A stretch of DNA of 64,000 bases from a virus. Taxonomy: Duplodnaviria > Caudoviricetes. The stretch is taken from the IMG/VR virus record IMGVR_UViG_3300044695_006401, one strand, 5' to 3'. Below the pieces are notes generated by a model. It searched no databases. It had not been told where the DNA came from and saw nothing but the letters and a program-made list of their open reading frames with translations. This document shows, piece by piece, positions 20,146-29,655 of the stretch. Within the stretch, counting starts at the first letter, position 1. Each line of letters starts with the position of its first letter. The position numbers and the translations under genes were made by a program.

Positions 20146-22566
20146 TTATGATGAACAACCAAAACATTCAAAATCAGAATTTTCAGGTTTTGGTGGTAAG
20201 TTTACATATTCAACTTTAGGCACTTCATTTTTTTGTTTAATTTCTTTTTTTGAAATATCTACCGCTAAATGTTTGGCTCCCGTAGAAATCGCCTTTGTTC
20301 TAACATAATAACAAAGTGTTTTCAATCCACTTTCCCAAGAATGAAAATGTGACGATGTAATCTTTGAAAGTGTTGGATTTGACATGTAAATGTTCATTGA
20401 TTGAGACTGATCAATAAATGGTGCTCTATCTGAAGCCATATCGATAAGTTGTTTTTGTGAAATCTCCCAAATAGTTTTATATTTTGGAATAAGGTGTTCA
20501 ATTCGTTTAACTTTCTTATTGTAATTCTTATCCTCGGGATCTAAATAATTATTGAAGTTAATGTTTTGAATTGATCCTTCATTAATAATTATTTCGTTTT
20601 TAAGGTCTTCACTCCAAATTCCAATTTTTTCAAAATCATTAATTAGATATTTGTTAACAATCATAATTTCTCCACCAACAACTCGTCTGTTAAAGATCGC
20701 AGAATGTGCCGGTTCAGTCATTTCATAAGAACCTGTAATTTTTGCAGATGATGCTACAGGCATTTGTGCAGTAAACAATGAATTACATACTCCGTGTTCC
20801 ATAACACTTTGTTTTAATTTTTTCCAATCCCACATACCTGATAGATTTGATTGGTCAACATCCCACATATCAAACTGAAAATTTCCTTGTGACATTGGTG
20901 ACCCTTTGAAGAAGTCATATGGTTTATATTGTCCGTCAATACACAACTGATTACTTTCATAAATCGCGGCGTAATAAATGGTCTCAAAAATATCTCTGTT
21001 TAATTTTTTAGCGTCGTCCGATGTGAATATATAATCCATTAAATAGAATACATCCGCTAATCCCTGAGTACCAATAGCTATCGCTCTTTGCTCTAAACCG
21101 CCTTTTCTACCTTTTTCTGTTGAGTAATTGTTAATATCCACAACTTTATTTAAAGATCTTACAACTTTTCTAACTTCACTAAAAAGAAGTTCAAAATCAA
21201 ACTTACCGGATTTAATAAAGTTTTTTAAAACCATTGATGAAAGTGTGCATATGGCCGTCGTGTTTTCATCTGTATATTGATAAATCTCATTACAAAGATT
21301 TGATTGCTTGATTACTCCAATATTTTGGTGATTGGTTTTTCTATTTGCACTATCCTTTGAACATAGATAAGGCACTCCTGTCTCTACTTGTGATTCAATA
21401 ATTTTAGTCCAAATATCTTGAGCCTTAACTTTTTTACCCAAACCTAAGTTAACTGCTTGGTTATAAACCTCTTCATATTCCTCACCATAACATTCTTGAA
21501 GTGGTTTAAGTCCTGCCTTATTAATATCATTAGGACAAAACAAATACCATTCAGAATTGTTTTTAACTGCCCTCATAAAGTTGTCAGGAATCCACAAAGC
21601 GGTGAATAAGTCTCTTGCTCTTAATTCTTCTGCTCCCGTATTCTTTTTAATATCCAATAAATCGAAAATATCTTTATGCCAAGGCTCAAGGTAGATTGCC
21701 GCAGAACCAGGTCTACGACCTTGTTGGTTAAAGAACCTAAGAGATTCATTAACAATTTTAAGATATTTCAATAACCCACCAGCATAACCACCTGAACTTG
21801 ATATTCTACTCTCTTTACTACGGATATTGGACATTGAAAGTCCGATACCAGCAGCGTCTGAAGAGAATGTAGAGATATCCGTCAAAGTATCTAATAAACC
21901 TTTTCTTGAGTCAGCATCATTATAATGTAATACACACGACGCCAATTGAGGTACTTTTGTACCTGAGTTGATCATGATTGGAGTTGCCTTTGAAATTAGT
22001 TGCTCTGATAAAGATTTGTAATATTCAAATGCGTCAGTAATATTTGTTGTTACCCATAACGCAACTCTCATGTACATATGTTGCGGTCTTTCAACTACTT
22101 TACCGTTAGGTCTTTTTAATAAATACATTTCCTGTAAAGATCTCCATGCGAAATAATCAAAATTATAATCGTTATCGTGATTAATCACAGCATCAATAGT
22201 ATCAGGACCATACTCTGTTATGGTTTCAATTAACTTTTTGTTTATTATACCATCTTCATAAAGTAGCATCATAGTTTGAGAAAAACTATCATTAGTTTCT
22301 TTGTGGTAAGATGAGATCGCAACACTAGAAGCTAGTCTTGAATAATCGTGATGGCTACCTGTGTATGATGCAGCAATTTCATACACTAACTTGTCCAATT
22401 CTTTCGTTGTTACTTCACCCTCAGTTGGTACTGATGTTATCACTTTGATGAAAATCTCATCTGAATTGACATTTAACCCTTTAGAAGATCTTTTTACTCG
22501 GTTATAAATTTTTTGTGGGTTGAATGCTACGATCTCTCCACCTCTTTTTATTATTTTTAATGACAT
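20146..22566 (-). CDS. nrdA: Ribonucleotide reductase class Ia alpha subunit with N-terminal ATP cone
   Basis: ATP cone (IIKRGGEIVAFNPQKI), QLASCVL, SNLCNEI, AQMPVASSAK, LCYYVRTK and C-terminal CFGCSS. Confidence 0.97.
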   Translation of the reverse strand: MSLKIIKRGGEIVAFNPQKIYNRVKRSSKGLNVNSDEIFIKVITSVPTEGEVTTKELDKLVYEIAASYTGSHHDYSRLASSVAISSYHKETNDSFSQTMMLLYEDGIINKKLIETITEYGPDTIDAVINHDNDYNFDYFAWRSLQEMYLLKRPNGKVVERPQHMYMRVALWVTTNITDAFEYYKSLSEQLISKATPIMINSGTKVPQLASCVLHYNDADSRKGLLDTLTDISTFSSDAAGIGLSMSNIRSKESRISSSGGYAGGLLKYLKIVNESLRFFNQQGRRPGSAAIYLEPWHKDIFDLLDIKKNTGAEELRARDLFTALWIPDNFMRAVKNNSEWYLFCPNDINKAGLKPLQECYGEEYEEVYNQAVNLGLGKKVKAQDIWTKIIESQVETGVPYLCSKDSANRKTNHQNIGVIKQSNLCNEIYQYTDENTTAICTLSSMVLKNFIKSGKFDFELLFSEVRKVVRSLNKVVDINNYSTEKGRKGGLEQRAIAIGTQGLADVFYLMDYIFTSDDAKKLNRDIFETIYYAAIYESNQLCIDGQYKPYDFFKGSPMSQGNFQFDMWDVDQSNLSGMWDWKKLKQSVMEHGVCNSLFTAQMPVASSAKITGSYEMTEPAHSAIFNRRVVGGEIMIVNKYLINDFEKIGIWSEDLKNEIIINEGSIQNINFNNYLDPEDKNYNKKVKRIEHLIPKYKTIWEISQKQLIDMASDRAPFIDQSQSMNIYMSNPTLSKITSSHFHSWESGLKTLCYYVRTKAISTGAKHLAVDISKKEIKQKNEVPKVEYVNLPPKPENSDFECFGCSS

Positions 22567-22576
22567 AGTTTGTTAT

Positions 22577-23524
22577 TTAGAAGTCGTCTGTAAATGTTAT
22601 AGTTTCGTTTAACTTTGCTTTTTGGTATTCCATTGTTCTTGATTCAAAGAAGTTACCTTTAGTTTCAACCGCTATCTGTTCCATGAACTTGAATGGTTGT
22701 TCTACATTAAATTCTTTACTACATCCCATCTTCATTAACAAACCATCAACAACGAACTCAAGATATTGTTTCATCAAGTTAGAGTTCATACCGATCAAAG
22801 ATACCGGTAATGATTCTGTGATGAATTCTTTTTCAATCTCAAGAGCCGACAATAGAATCTCTTTGATTCGTTTCTCGGATGGTTTCTCTTCCAAATGGTT
22901 ATTTAACAAGTGGATTGCGAAGTCACAGTGTAGGTTTTCGTCTTTGAAGATCAATGAGTTTGCGTTAGCCAACCCTTGCATGATGCCTCTTGACTTCAAC
23001 CAAAATATGGAACAAAAAGAACCTGAAAAGAAAATACCTTCAACGGCCGCGAATGCTACTAATCGTTCAGCGAATGATGCCTTTTCAATCCACTCCAAAG
23101 CCCATTTTGCTTTCTTCTGAACCGCAGGTAATCTATCAATCGCATTGAAACATTCGTCTTTCTCGTTCGGGTTGTTAATGTATGTATCAATCAACAATGA
23201 ATACATCAACGAGTGAATATTCTCCATTGCCAACTGAAATCCATAGAAGAATTTCGCCTCAGGATATTGTACCTCACGGTAGAAGTTCTCGGCTAAGTTC
23301 TCATTAACAATACCATCAGAAGCTGCGAAGAATGAAAGTACATTTTTAACGAAGTATTTTTCATTTTCGGTTAATGATTCCCAATCTCTGATGTCATTTG
23401 TTAGGTCAACTTCCTCAGCCGTCCAAAACGCCGCCTGGTGTTGTTTGTAAAATTCCCATATATCATTGTGTTCGATAGGGAAGATGACAAATCGACCAGG
23501 GTTTTCTGTTAATATTTTTTCCAT
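22577..23524 (-). CDS. nrdB: Ribonucleotide reductase class Ia beta subunit
   Basis: [27 protein letters not shown] (radical Tyr), [18 protein letters not shown]. Confidence 0.97.
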   Translation of the reverse strand: MEKILTENPGRFVIFPIEHNDIWEFYKQHQAAFWTAEEVDLTNDIRDWESLTENEKYFVKNVLSFFAASDGIVNENLAENFYREVQYPEAKFFYGFQLAMENIHSLMYSLLIDTYINNPNEKDECFNAIDRLPAVQKKAKWALEWIEKASFAERLVAFAAVEGIFFSGSFCSIFWLKSRGIMQGLANANSLIFKDENLHCDFAIHLLNNHLEEKPSEKRIKEILLSALEIEKEFITESLPVSLIGMNSNLMKQYLEFVVDGLLMKMGCSKEFNVEQPFKFMEQIAVETKGNFFESRTMEYQKAKLNETITFTDDF

Positions 23525-23551
23525 TTTTTTAATAAAATTTAATTATTGTTT

Positions 23552-24934
23552 TTAAGATTCTTGTTGTTCCTTTTGTTTCTTTTTTTCCAAAAGTTCTTTG
23601 ATCCTACTTCTATTTCTTTCTTCTTTCTGTTCTTCCAAACCTAAGAAAGTTACACTTTGTTCAGTATCTATTTCAAGCATTCCATTATCAAACTTACAGT
23701 TTTCAAACACAATACCATCTTTACCGATTCTTGACTTTGTTATCGCAATTGTGGCTAAATTCATTTCTTTCTGTTGTAGACTTTTTGCCACCGTAATAAT
23801 CACATGTCCAACTTGAGCCTTCTTAATTGATCCACCCATTTGGTCTGTAGTAACAACCTCAGAAGAAATCGAATTACGATTACCTTGTGTTGCCGTCCAA
23901 CCAGCGATATCCAATTCGTGACACATAGCTTCAAACGCTCTCATCACTGAACCTTCACTTTTCCATTCATCCCCCAACATCTTATCCGGTACAACACAAT
24001 CAATATAATCCAAAATAATCATATCAACTCTGTTCCCTTCAGCTATCATCTTTCTAACCTGATTTTTAATCTGATTCATAGTGACAGTATCTGATGGAAG
24101 TTTTTTCATTATTAATTTATTCTTCCTTGTTGCTTGGATGTGTTTTACTTTTTCAAACACCTCATCTCTGTTTTCAGTTAAATCGTCAGGATGTATTCCC
24201 GTCCAAAGTGTAATGTGTTTTCTTTGAATAATTTTTGGGTTATCCTCAAAAAATATCTGTACAACATTGTACCCTAAATTAAATGCGTGGTTAGCAATTT
24301 TAGTAGTGAAAGTTGACTTACCAACACCTGTAGGCGCTAAGATAACACCAATTTCTCCTTTTGCCAAACCACCTTTCAAAAGATTATCAATACCTGGTAC
24401 ACCAATTGGAATTGGGTGTCTGTAATCATCATTTAATACCTCGTCAAGGTTGAAGAAAACATCGGTTGTTCCTTTGTCTACTTCACCTACTTGTAATGCC
24501 CCTCTTACCATTTCTTCAAGGTGGTCATAACTCTCAAAATCACCTTTATCAATAATTGATTGAGCTTTAGTCATAACCTTCTGTAACTCTTGTTGTTTAC
24601 AGAATTTTAATGACTTTTCCTGTACAAACATTGATCCGTCGTCTGATACATTTTTAACTTGGTCTAAAGTATCTAATATACTCTTTTGAGCCATAGGAGA
24701 GGTAATTTCAGACTTTGTGAGTTGTTCTAATGTGTCAAATGTTGGTGTATGTTCATACTTAGAATAATACTCTTTTATCATTTGACAAATGATACGAAAA
24801 TATTGGTTATCAAAGTAATGTGGATCAATAACTTCAAGGATGGAATTTGAGAAATCTTTGTATAAAATAATGTTATTTAATAGTTGGATTTGAAAGGTAT
24901 TTCCCAAGTATCCGAAGTTTTTTTTGTCTGACAT
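23552..24934 (-). CDS. dnaB: Replicative DnaB-like helicase (T4 gp41-like)
   Basis: Walker A APTGVGKS, Walker B IILDYID, WTATQGNR, KSRIGKDG. Confidence 0.92.
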   Translation of the reverse strand: MSDKKNFGYLGNTFQIQLLNNIILYKDFSNSILEVIDPHYFDNQYFRIICQMIKEYYSKYEHTPTFDTLEQLTKSEITSPMAQKSILDTLDQVKNVSDDGSMFVQEKSLKFCKQQELQKVMTKAQSIIDKGDFESYDHLEEMVRGALQVGEVDKGTTDVFFNLDEVLNDDYRHPIPIGVPGIDNLLKGGLAKGEIGVILAPTGVGKSTFTTKIANHAFNLGYNVVQIFFEDNPKIIQRKHITLWTGIHPDDLTENRDEVFEKVKHIQATRKNKLIMKKLPSDTVTMNQIKNQVRKMIAEGNRVDMIILDYIDCVVPDKMLGDEWKSEGSVMRAFEAMCHELDIAGWTATQGNRNSISSEVVTTDQMGGSIKKAQVGHVIITVAKSLQQKEMNLATIAITKSRIGKDGIVFENCKFDNGMLEIDTEQSVTFLGLEEQKEERNRSRIKELLEKKKQKEQQES

Positions 24935-24971
24935 ATATAATTGTTTTTCTTTGATTCTTTTATAAATATGA

Positions 24972-25424
24972 TTAAATCATTGAATAATTTAGGTATTGGT
25001 AAGATAAATTTTTGCCTGATAAAATGTCAGTTAACTCTTTCAATATGGTTTTTATTGATGGTCGTATGTCCAGGGTATATCTTACCTTCGGTGGGTACAA
25101 TTTGGCGTCGATGGTTCTATGACAAATTGTCTCATTTCCAATTTTGACCATGATGTTAAATTGCTCAGGACCATCAGTATTTGAGGTTTCAAGTACTGAA
25201 GGATCTTCCTCAATTTGATATCTATTCTCAAGCATATAGACAACACACTTGTTTCGTAATTTTAAATGGAGTTCGTTTGATAACTCTTTAACATATTCGT
25301 ACAGATCAATACTTTTCTTAGCGTTAGGGTTAATTCCCTTAACATTAAAAAAACGCTGAACAACAAAATTGTCATTAAGTGTAATTAGAAACTCAACTTT
25401 AGTTACATCATTTAGTTCTTTCAT
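24972..25424 (-). CDS. Hypothetical protein in the replication block
   Basis: 150-aa ORF with normal codon usage between the flap endonuclease and helicase genes. Confidence 0.75.
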   Translation of the reverse strand: MKELNDVTKVEFLITLNDNFVVQRFFNVKGINPNAKKSIDLYEYVKELSNELHLKLRNKCVVYMLENRYQIEEDPSVLETSNTDGPEQFNIMVKIGNETICHRTIDAKLYPPKVRYTLDIRPSIKTILKELTDILSGKNLSYQYLNYSMI

Positions 25425-25428
25425 AATT

Positions 25429-26436
25429 TTACTTTTTGTTTTTGAATTTTGACTTTTCTTTTCTTGTTAACTTTAAAAATGGTTTTAAAAAATAAACCCA
25501 ACTATCATCACTTTTTGGTAGGTATTTAAATAACCCGTCTTCCATCATCATTCGAATAAGGTTCTTGTATCCTCTTCCATCGGGATCTAATGATTCTGAG
25601 TAATATGAATCCACCATTTCTTTACCTTCTTGATTAATGAGGGGGGTACTCAAATCAATAAGTTTTTTATTAATGTCATAATACTCATCACCAAAGATGC
25701 CCTCTTTTGTTTTACCTGACAAAAGATTTTGTAGTGATTTGTTGTCTTTATTTTCTTTTAGAAGTTCTTCTCCTTTAGATAAAATATCGGTATAATCTAC
25801 AGGTTTTTCAAGTAGCTCAGGGAAAAACTTAAATAAAGTTTTTTCACCCAAGTAAAAAATACCATCAATGTTGTCCGAACTATCTCCAGTAAGAATTTTG
25901 ATTGTTTTGACATTATAATGGGGTACTTCAAAATCACTCATTTTGATAGTATCCCCATTCTTATAATATCTTTTTGCGGATGGTGAATAGATAGATACCT
26001 TTTCAGATATTAACTGTGTTAGGTCTCTATCACTTGAGAATATAGTTTTATCCTCATCTTCAGAAATCTGACAGTAGTATGCAATTAAATCATCAGCCTC
26101 AGAATTTTCAACCTCAACTTGTCTTACAAACATCTCTTCAAGATATTGTTTAACTCGTTGTTTCTGACCTTCGTAAGATTCTTGCTTATACTCATTTGAA
26201 GCTTCTTTTCGGTTTAATTTGTATTTTGGGTATATCAACCTTCTCTGTGACGAGTTTGTTTCACTATCCCAAAAGACAACAACTTTGTTATAGTTGTTTT
26301 CCTCTATGAATCTTCTTAAGGTATTTAAAAAGTGCCAAATAGCACCGATATGTTGTCCGTTATGAAAGTAATCTTTCACTCCGTGGAAACCAATTTTTAT
26401 TAAATTGTTCCCATCAACCAATAAGGTTTTTGTCAC
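25429..26436 (-). CDS. 5'-3' exonuclease / flap endonuclease (T4 RNase H-like)
   Basis: LLVDGNNL, EADDLIAY, SSDRDLTQL, LTGDSSDNIDGI. Confidence 0.93.
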   Translation of the reverse strand: MTKTLLVDGNNLIKIGFHGVKDYFHNGQHIGAIWHFLNTLRRFIEENNYNKVVVFWDSETNSSQRRLIYPKYKLNRKEASNEYKQESYEGQKQRVKQYLEEMFVRQVEVENSEADDLIAYYCQISEDEDKTIFSSDRDLTQLISEKVSIYSPSAKRYYKNGDTIKMSDFEVPHYNVKTIKILTGDSSDNIDGIFYLGEKTLFKFFPELLEKPVDYTDILSKGEELLKENKDNKSLQNLLSGKTKEGIFGDEYYDINKKLIDLSTPLINQEGKEMVDSYYSESLDPDGRGYKNLIRMMMEDGLFKYLPKSDDSWVYFLKPFLKLTRKEKSKFKNKK

Positions 26437-26457
26437 TTTTTTGTTTTTTAATTGTTA

Positions 26458-27465
26458 CTACTCTACTTCTTCTTTTTCTGCTTTCAAATCGAAGTCACCA
26501 TCAACTCCAATAATCTCCTTCCAATACTCAGCATATTCTTTCTTATACTTTTCTACGGAAGACTTCTCCTCGGCCGTGTCTTTACCCGGTAAGAACCCGT
26601 GTGGTGTTACAATAATTCTACCGTCTTCAAACCCAAGTCCGTTGATGTGATTTTTCATAACGGATACTTTTGTTCGTGTGGCAAACTTTACTGTTCGTTT
26701 GTCTTTGGTTGCCGTAATCTTAGTTGTACCAGCACCTTTTTGATTTCCAAACAAGAACACCAATGATGAGTTTAACCAAATAGCTTCACCACCTTTTGCT
26801 TTAATTTTAGGTTGACCAAATGGGTTATCAGGTAATTCAACCCAAGGTTGATTCACAATGATAAGGGTATTTTCAAACTTAGAATCAGATTTACGCGATC
26901 CTGAAATTCTTTGATTAATTCCCATACCAATCTTGTCTGCTAAAACACTTGCATTGTGTTGCTTACCACCTTTACCTTCATATGTCATCTTACAAGGAAC
27001 AGACCCCACTGAATCCCATAAGAAACATAATGAATAATCCAACTCACCCTTCTCTTGTGCATCTAACAAACTATTGATGTAATCTGTAATTTGTTCGATG
27101 TATTCAAAGTTATTGTTGAAGATAAAGAATCCGTCCCAATCAAGTTCTCCCGTTTCTTCATCAACCACTTCTTCACATTCAAATCCCATTAGTTTTGCAT
27201 GTTCAAAAGACCACTTCTGCTCTGTAATGATGAACACAGGTAAAATACCTTTCTTTTGTGCATCAACAGCAGTTTTAACTAATGCTGTGGTTTTTCCTGT
27301 ATCAGAGTGACCTAACAACATATTAAGGTGCCCAATAGCGGGACCAGGTAATCCAACCGCATCTAAGAACTCAGAACCCAAATCAAAAAATCTTTGTGGT
27401 TTGTACTTCGCCGATGTGGAGAATTTTTTCTTTAATGAACCGAAATCGTTTTTCTTAATAGCCAT
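26458..27465 (-). CDS. recA: RecA / UvsX-like recombinase
   Basis: Walker A GHSDTGKTT, FLWDSVGS, LIIVNQ, KAKGGEA, KNHINGL. Confidence 0.88.
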   Translation of the reverse strand: MAIKKNDFGSLKKKFSTSAKYKPQRFFDLGSEFLDAVGLPGPAIGHLNMLLGHSDTGKTTALVKTAVDAQKKGILPVFIITEQKWSFEHAKLMGFECEEVVDEETGELDWDGFFIFNNNFEYIEQITDYINSLLDAQEKGELDYSLCFLWDSVGSVPCKMTYEGKGGKQHNASVLADKIGMGINQRISGSRKSDSKFENTLIIVNQPWVELPDNPFGQPKIKAKGGEAIWLNSSLVFLFGNQKGAGTTKITATKDKRTVKFATRTKVSVMKNHINGLGFEDGRIIVTPHGFLPGKDTAEEKSSVEKYKKEYAEYWKEIIGVDGDFDLKAEKEEVE

Positions 27466-27466
27466 A

Positions 27467-27688
27467 TTACAATTCGTATACTTTAAATTCTGTAATGGTC
27501 TCTAACTTATCTTTTGCGTCAGTAAGTTGTCCAACCAAATTATCCATTTCTTCTGTGTGTTGTGGATGTTCTCCAATACCAACAGAGTTTGAGAAATAAA
27601 TATATAAACGAGCTTCGGCATCTGCGATCTCAGCTTCATACTTTTTAATCAAAGCGTCTTTTAATTTTTCTGCAATAATTGGTTTCAT
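27467..27688 (-). CDS. Small conserved hypothetical protein (GIGEHP motif)
   Basis: 73 aa helical protein. The SVGIGEHPQ motif resembles small hypotheticals I recall from T4-like aquatic phages (unverified). Confidence 0.7.
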   Translation of the reverse strand: MKPIIAEKLKDALIKKYEAEIADAEARLYIYFSNSVGIGEHPQHTEEMDNLVGQLTDAKDKLETITEFKVYEL

Positions 27689-27710
27689 TTTTTTGTTTTA
27701 ATTAGTTAAT

Positions 27711-27746
27711 AAAAAAAGCATGAACACTTGCAAGGTATCCATGCTT
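27711..27746 (-). terminator. Terminator after the SSB gene
   Basis: Minus strand aagcatggatac-cttgcaa-gtgttcatgctt (12-bp stem with G-U pairs) followed by a U-tract. Confidence 0.75.
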
Positions 27747-27756
27747 CGATGATTTT

Positions 27757-28611
27757 TTAGAACGGTAAATCTTCTGCCGGTTCTTCATTGGCCTGTGGGT
27801 CCGCAGGTGTTGGTGTTTCTTGTTTGTTTCCACCTAATGAAATTTCAGCTTCTTCACCATATACATATTTTTTAAGTTCAGAAGACCAAATTGGTGTTTC
27901 TCCAACCGCTACGGCTTCTAAATACTCTACAGGTTTTTTAGAGTAAACATCGTTCCATGTAAGTTCATCCTGAACCCATCCGTCCATAATTTCTTTATCT
28001 TCGTGAAGTGGTTGTGGGTCATCATACATGATTGTTTGAATAACTGTGTATTCTTTACCCTGTGGTGTTTTAGCCTTTGTTAGTTCGATGATTAAGTCAC
28101 GACCTTTTTCTGCGTCTGTAACATCACCTTTAGCCTTCCAAATAGGGAGAATTTTATCTAACACACCTTCTTGTTTGTAGTTGTGTTTAAATCTCCAAAA
28201 TTTAACACCATCTTGTTCATTATCACGGTCAACTACTTTAACGATATAAAACAATCGAGATCTATATTGTGAAGCCAATTCTTTGTCTTCTTTTTTACCT
28301 GTAGAGATAAGTTCGTTATATACTTCGGTCAATGGTGATCGTTCGTTGTCATTTTTATCAGGGTCATACAACTTAACCCATTGTCCGTTTACTTGGATCT
28401 CGTGATACCATACTTCAACAAACGGAGACGATCCATCTTTAGTAGGTAAAATACGAATTCTTCGTGATGCAGATTTTTCATTCTTTTGTAAAATTGCTGA
28501 AAAATACTTTTTCAAACGGTCTTCTTGTGAAATGTTTGATCGTTGTGAACTCGATGTTGTTGAGTTCTTTTCGTACTGTGCAAGTACTGAATCTAATACT
28601 GAATTTGCCAT
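27757..28611 (-). CDS. Single-stranded DNA-binding protein (T4 gp32-like)
   Basis: RIRILPTKDGSSPF, FYIVKVVDRDNEQDGVKFWRF, GRDLIIEL and an acidic tail ending EDLPF. Confidence 0.88.
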   Translation of the reverse strand: MANSVLDSVLAQYEKNSTTSSSQRSNISQEDRLKKYFSAILQKNEKSASRRIRILPTKDGSSPFVEVWYHEIQVNGQWVKLYDPDKNDNERSPLTEVYNELISTGKKEDKELASQYRSRLFYIVKVVDRDNEQDGVKFWRFKHNYKQEGVLDKILPIWKAKGDVTDAEKGRDLIIELTKAKTPQGKEYTVIQTIMYDDPQPLHEDKEIMDGWVQDELTWNDVYSKKPVEYLEAVAVGETPIWSSELKKYVYGEEAEISLGGNKQETPTPADPQANEEPAEDLPF

Positions 28612-28646
28612 AAATAAATTTTTAATTATTACTCTTTTATCTACAA

Positions 28647-28677
28647 CAAATATAAGTGAATATTCAAGTTTGTCAAA
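28647..28677 (-). promoter_or_regulatory. Bacteroidota-type housekeeping (early) promoter for the SSB-recA-exonuclease operon
   Basis: Minus strand TTTG-acaaacttgaatattcact(19 nt)-TATATTTG matches the Bacteroidota -33 TTTG / -7 TAnnTTTG consensus. Confidence 0.75.
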
Positions 28678-28703
28678 TAAAAAAGGGACCGTAAAGTCCC
28701 TTT
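28678..28703 (-). terminator. Terminator after the structural block, abutting the SSB promoter
   Basis: Stem aaagggac/gtcccttt with a 6-nt loop and a U-tract on the minus strand. Confidence 0.75.
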
Positions 28704-28723
28704 ATATTATGTTTAATTTTTTT

Positions 28724-29395
28724 TTAGTTTTGGTCTTCGTTATCGTAGATATTGAAAGTTTTTTTGATCTCCCCTGGTGAAAAGTTTTCAACATCGTCTG
28801 AAGTTAAAACATATTCATTTTTTCCCGTTTTATCCATTTCAACTTCTTTGTCTTGGAAAAAATCAGTAAGTTTTTGATTATAAGGATATGAGTCTAACGA
28901 TCTTAACATAAGTTTTTCCTCTGGTGTTTTTTCTCTATACTTATCGAATTTATTTTCAAGGTTATTTATTTTATCCATGATTTGATCCATCGTATTCAAC
29001 TTACTTTCTAAATCATCTAACTTTGAGAACATGTTAGTCATAAATTCCTCTTGTTTTGTTTTGATTTCCTGTTGGTTAGTTACTAAATCGGTAATATCAA
29101 TTTCTTCTGTATCTTCGGTTTCTGTACCAGTCCCTTCGGCATCCACTTCTTCTACATCAGGGTCCGATTGTATATCAATAGGTTCTGCCACTTCTTCAGG
29201 TGCTGCTGCATCTGTACCTGTTGCAGCTTCAGGTGCCGCTGCGGCATCAGGTGCTGCCGGAGTCGTTGCGGTGGCATCGGCCTCAGGAGTAGGTTCTTCC
29301 TCAGGTAATGGAGCATCTCCTTGTTCTTTTAGTATGTAGGTATTAATTTGATTAAACCTTTTTAGTTCTTCGATGATTTTTTTATCAATATTCAT
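28724..29395 (-). CDS. Acidic, Ala/Pro/Glu-rich coiled-coil protein (possible prohead core/scaffold)
   Basis: Likely start is ATG at 29395 (MNIDKKIIEELKRF), because the track start at 29431 overlaps the upstream gene. ILKEQ motif, low-complexity acidic linker, heptad region. Confidence 0.55.
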   Translation of the reverse strand: MNIDKKIIEELKRFNQINTYILKEQGDAPLPEEEPTPEADATATTPAAPDAAAAPEAATGTDAAAPEEVAEPIDIQSDPDVEEVDAEGTGTETEDTEEIDITDLVTNQQEIKTKQEEFMTNMFSKLDDLESKLNTMDQIMDKINNLENKFDKYREKTPEEKLMLRSLDSYPYNQKLTDFFQDKEVEMDKTGKNEYVLTSDDVENFSPGEIKKTFNIYDNEDQN

Positions 29396-29405
29396 TACCT
29401 TATTT

Positions 29406-29630
29406 TTATCCGTTAAGTAATGTCTTAACACCTGTCGGTGTTTCGACTTTTAATGTTCTATTAGTTTTCATAGTGTTGTCAACTCTTTCAATAAGACCAT
29501 CTTTCATTCTTATCGTATAACAATCACCTGTATCTAAATCACAAACTTCTTGATAACCATTACCACTATCTCTTTGGGTAACTCTAGTATCTTTTTTTAG
29601 ATAGTCGTCTAAAAGTGCTTTCATGTTCAT
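29406..29630 (-). CDS. Small hypothetical late protein
   Basis: 74 aa containing VCDLDTGDCY, with TATTTAT upstream (29643-29649). Confidence 0.7.
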   Translation of the reverse strand: MNMKALLDDYLKKDTRVTQRDSGNGYQEVCDLDTGDCYTIRMKDGLIERVDNTMKTNRTLKVETPTGVKTLLNG

Positions 29631-29655
29631 AATAATTTCTATATAAATATATCGT

